A DNA stretch of 64,000 bases, taken from an uncultured Bacillales bacterium (lineage in GTDB: Bacteria > Bacillota_I > Bacilli_A > RFN20 > CAG-288). How positions within the stretch are numbered: the stretch's first letter is position 1; every line of letters starts with the position of its first letter. A program made the position numbers and the translations under genes. The notes under the pieces were generated by a model. It saw nothing but the letters and a program-made list of their open reading frames with translations. It did not search any database and had not been told where the DNA came from. The stretch lies in NCBI GenBank assembly GCA_949287425.1, contig CASEGJ010000003.1, positions 8,993 to 72,992 on the forward strand, read 5' to 3'. Shown one piece after another: positions 61,500 through 64,000 of the stretch.

Positions 61500-61575
61500 T
61501 GGTGGATTAGACAGGACTCGAACCTGTAACGACCCGCTTATGAGACGGGGACTCTAACCATTGAGCTACTAATCC
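61500..61575 (-). tRNA. tRNA-Ile2 (CAU, lysidine type)
   Basis: Cloverleaf GGATTAG...CTAATCC-A-CCA; anticodon loop CTCATAA and GGA start typical of Ile2 rather than Met. Confidence 0.85.
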
Positions 61576-61578
61576 GAA

Positions 61579-61654
61579 TGGTAGCTGCGGGGAGGATCGA
61601 ACTCTCGACATATCGGGTATGAACCGACTGCTCTACCAACTGAGCTACGCAGCC
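61579..61654 (-). tRNA. tRNA-Met (CAU, elongator)
   Basis: GGCTGCG...CGCAGCT-A-CCA; anticodon loop TTCATAC; no initiator features. Confidence 0.9.
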
Positions 61655-61702
61655 ATAAATTGTTATATGTATTAAATATCGGATTGCCTTTTAAAAAAAA
61701 GC

Positions 61703-61778
61703 TGGTGGAGCTGACGAGGATCGAACTCGCTACCTCTTCCATGCCATGGAAGCGCTCTCCCAGGTGAGCTACAGCCCC
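61703..61778 (-). tRNA. tRNA-Ala (GGC)
   Basis: GGGGCTG...CAGCTCC-A-CCA with G3:U70; anticodon arm CTTCC-ATGGCAT-GGAAG; TTGACA upstream at 61817-61812. Confidence 0.95.
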
Positions 61779-61885
61779 AGCATTAATTAAAATACTAAAA
61801 ATCATTGTAACTGTCAAGGGGTTTTATTTAAAACTGGAAATTAATTGGCAAATAAACAAATAATTATTTAATAGGTATCCTCTAA

Positions 61886-63331
61886 TTAATTTATTTTAAA
61901 TTCATCTGCTATTTTGCCTTTAATTAGGAATTTATATATACCTGTAAACATAGTTGCTATCGATAAAAACCAAGCCATAGAATCCGCAAAACATAGTCCA
62001 ATATAAGAGGTATCGGAAATAGGATTGTTTGGATTAATTAGACTAGGTAAAAATTCGCATAATAAACATCTACCTATTAATTCAGCAATTCCTGAAAGAA
62101 GAGGATAGTAAGATTTACCTAAACCTTGCAAGATGTTTCTAATTACAAAAAGCATGGCGAGTAAAAAATACATGCTTGAATCAATAATCATATACATAGA
62201 GCCATAAAATTCTACTCTAGAATTAATTTTATCTTTTGAAAGGAAGAAATGAATATAAGCTCCATTAATTGAAGTTAGATTACCAATTAAAGCTAATACT
62301 ATATAAAGAACAAGAGCTATTTCAAAGGCAGCTTTAATACCTTGTTTTAATCTTTTTATATCTTTTGAACCATAATTTTGACCAGTATAGGAAACCATAG
62401 CGGTTCCTAACGCTGAAAGTGGACACATTAAAAAGTCATTAAATTTAACAGCGGCTCCATATCCATTAGTAGCATTTTGACCACCGTTAACATCGAATTT
62501 AACAACAGCTTTTTGTAAGATAATTAATCCGATAGCTAAGATAGAAAATTGCAATGCTAAAGGTAAACCAAGTTTCAGGTGAGTGATAACATCTTGTTTG
62601 TTTAATTTAAAATCAGATAATTTTATTCTTAAAAATTTATATCTGATAAAAGTATAAATAAAACAAGAAATAGCAGCTATAAATTGAGCGATAACAGTTG
62701 CAATCGCCGCTCCTTCTACTCCAGTTTGAAAAACTAATATAAATAAAAAATCCAAACCGATATTTAAAATAGTTGAAGCTATTAAAAATAACAAAGGAGT
62801 TAAAGAATCACCTATACTTCTTAAAATAGAAACAATTAAATTATAAAAAACTTGAGCTATTAATCCGATATAAATAATTATTATGTAACTATAGGCATAT
62901 TTATAGATGGGGTTTTGTTGATCGATGCCGATAAAATTTAAAAGTAAAGGTGTTAATAAGCAAGCTAAGATAGTTAAAATTATTGAAATGATAAAAGAGA
63001 GAACAATTTGAGTGGAAAACGATTTTCTTACACCTTCTAAATTATTTGCCCCCATTTTATTAGAGCTAGCAACTGAAAAGCCTGCAGTACAGCCAAACGC
63101 AAATTGGAGAACTATAAAAATTAAAGAATAGGTTACGTTTACACCAGCAACTTCACTTGAAGAAAGAGTGTTTCCAACAATAGCAGCATCAGAAATAGTA
63201 TAGATTTGTTGAAAAATTAGAGAAATAAATATCGGTAAAGTAAATATTGAGATTACTTTGATAGGTTTACCTTTAGTTAGATCGATAGGTTTAAATAGGT
63301 TAATAATAGAATTTTTAAGTTTAGTAAGCAT
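61886..63331 (-). CDS. MATE-family efflux transporter
   Basis: 'DLTKGKP...LPIFISLIFQQIY', 'LRSIGDSLTPL', 'GVEGAAIAT', 'GQNYGS'. Confidence 0.93.
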   Translation of the reverse strand: MLTKLKNSIINLFKPIDLTKGKPIKVISIFTLPIFISLIFQQIYTISDAAIVGNTLSSSEVAGVNVTYSLIFIVLQFAFGCTAGFSVASSNKMGANNLEGVRKSFSTQIVLSFIISIILTILACLLTPLLLNFIGIDQQNPIYKYAYSYIIIIYIGLIAQVFYNLIVSILRSIGDSLTPLLFLIASTILNIGLDFLFILVFQTGVEGAAIATVIAQFIAAISCFIYTFIRYKFLRIKLSDFKLNKQDVITHLKLGLPLALQFSILAIGLIILQKAVVKFDVNGGQNATNGYGAAVKFNDFLMCPLSALGTAMVSYTGQNYGSKDIKRLKQGIKAAFEIALVLYIVLALIGNLTSINGAYIHFFLSKDKINSRVEFYGSMYMIIDSSMYFLLAMLFVIRNILQGLGKSYYPLLSGIAELIGRCLLCEFLPSLINPNNPISDTSYIGLCFADSMAWFLSIATMFTGIYKFLIKGKIADEFKIN

Positions 63332-63435
63332 AATAAATGTATCAATAAAAGTACGACATTTATTTTACTCTTCTTTAAAATAAGTGAACATAATATTTTG
63401 TAAACAAAATAAACAATTTACATTTTAATTAAAAT

Positions 63436-63549
63436 TTAAATACTTTTTAAAGAAGATAGTCTATTAAAAGTTATTTTATAATATCTTTCATCTTTTTCAA
63501 TTCCTATAATTTGTCTATTTAGTTTTTTTGCGACATAACAAGTTGTTCC
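63436..63549 (-). pseudogene. C-terminal fragment of a beta-class N4/N6 DNA methyltransferase
   Basis: 'GTTCYVAKKLNRQIIGIEKDERYYKITFNRL' is the tail that follows the DPF.GSG motif I; everything upstream is missing. Confidence 0.75.
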
Positions 63550-64000
63550 AATTCTTCTTGCTAAAAGAGAAATTGAGATAAAGGTTACCGAAATTGGAAG
63601 AGAGAAGATTTTTAATTTTATCAATCCTAATTATTCAGCAAATGAATATTCTGACTTTATGGAGAAAACAGGCCTTTTCGATTTGATTTAAAATCACCTT
63701 ATAAATAACCTTGTCGATTACGTTATGGGCGTGGAAGTAGGGATGGACACGAATGCTAGGAAAAATAGAACAGGCGATGTAATGGGAAATATTGTTGAAT
63801 CCTATTTGGTTAAAGCTGGATTTAAAAAAGATGAGACTTATTTCAAGGAAATGTATAAAAGTGAAATTGAGCAAAAATTTGGATTAGATCTTTCTAGAAT
63901 TAGCAATAACGGTAAGACTGAGAAACGCTTTGATTTCGTATTTGTTAAAGGAAAACACGTTTATGCTTGCGAGTGTAATTTCTACGGCGGCGGTGGTTCC
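63542..64000 (+). pseudogene. DpnII/MboI-family type II restriction endonuclease fragment (5'-truncated, internal stop, runs off the window)
   Basis: 'VPILLAKRE...FMEKTGLFDLI*NHLINNLVDYVMGVEVGMDTNARKNRTG...KRFDFV...ECNFYGGGGS'; TAA at 63689-63691. Confidence 0.85.

Noticed and set aside
61569..61817. 82-aa minus-strand ORF
   Set aside because: It overlaps the tRNA genes
63635..63874. 79-aa minus-strand ORF
   Set aside because: Antisense shadow of the DpnII-like nuclease fragment

Overview
AT-rich chromosomal window from a low-GC, genome-reduced member of the Bacilli (Mollicutes/Erysipelotrichales-like gene repertoire; standard genetic code 11). It contains the replication origin: DnaA-box clusters on both sides of dnaA, then dnaN, yaaA, recF, gyrB and gyrA. 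A perfect parS site precedes an rpmH-rnpA-yidC-jag...mnmE block that lies downstream of and co-directional with dnaA rather than divergent from it, followed by tatD-rnmV-rsmA-ispE-prs and three tRNAs (Ala-GGC, Met-CAU, Ile2-CAU). The left arm carries CIRCE-controlled groESL, T-box-controlled serS, a psuG-aguA-aguB operon, lipoprotein and membrane-protein clusters, a pectin methylesterase lipoprotein, a BusR-like regulator, NfeD/SPFH, a MacB-type ABC transporter and pepT. The most interesting element is an unannotated ~340-375 nt minus-strand unit at 14184-14560. It has its own sigma-A promoter and terminator, a perfect 12-bp end-to-end helix, nested internal helices and repeated AGUA/GAA (E-loop-like) motifs, which makes it a candidate large structured ncRNA that I cannot assign to a known family. 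Also notable: a 1188-aa DUF4011/SF1-helicase/Vsr-like protein whose catalytic motifs appear lost; a stand-alone IS150-type OrfA with its own promoter and terminator; gyrase substitutions at known quinolone-resistance positions; an IS30 scar inside the dnaA operon; and a broken, rearranged DpnII-type restriction-modification remnant at the right edge. All family assignments are by eye from motifs; no database searches were run.
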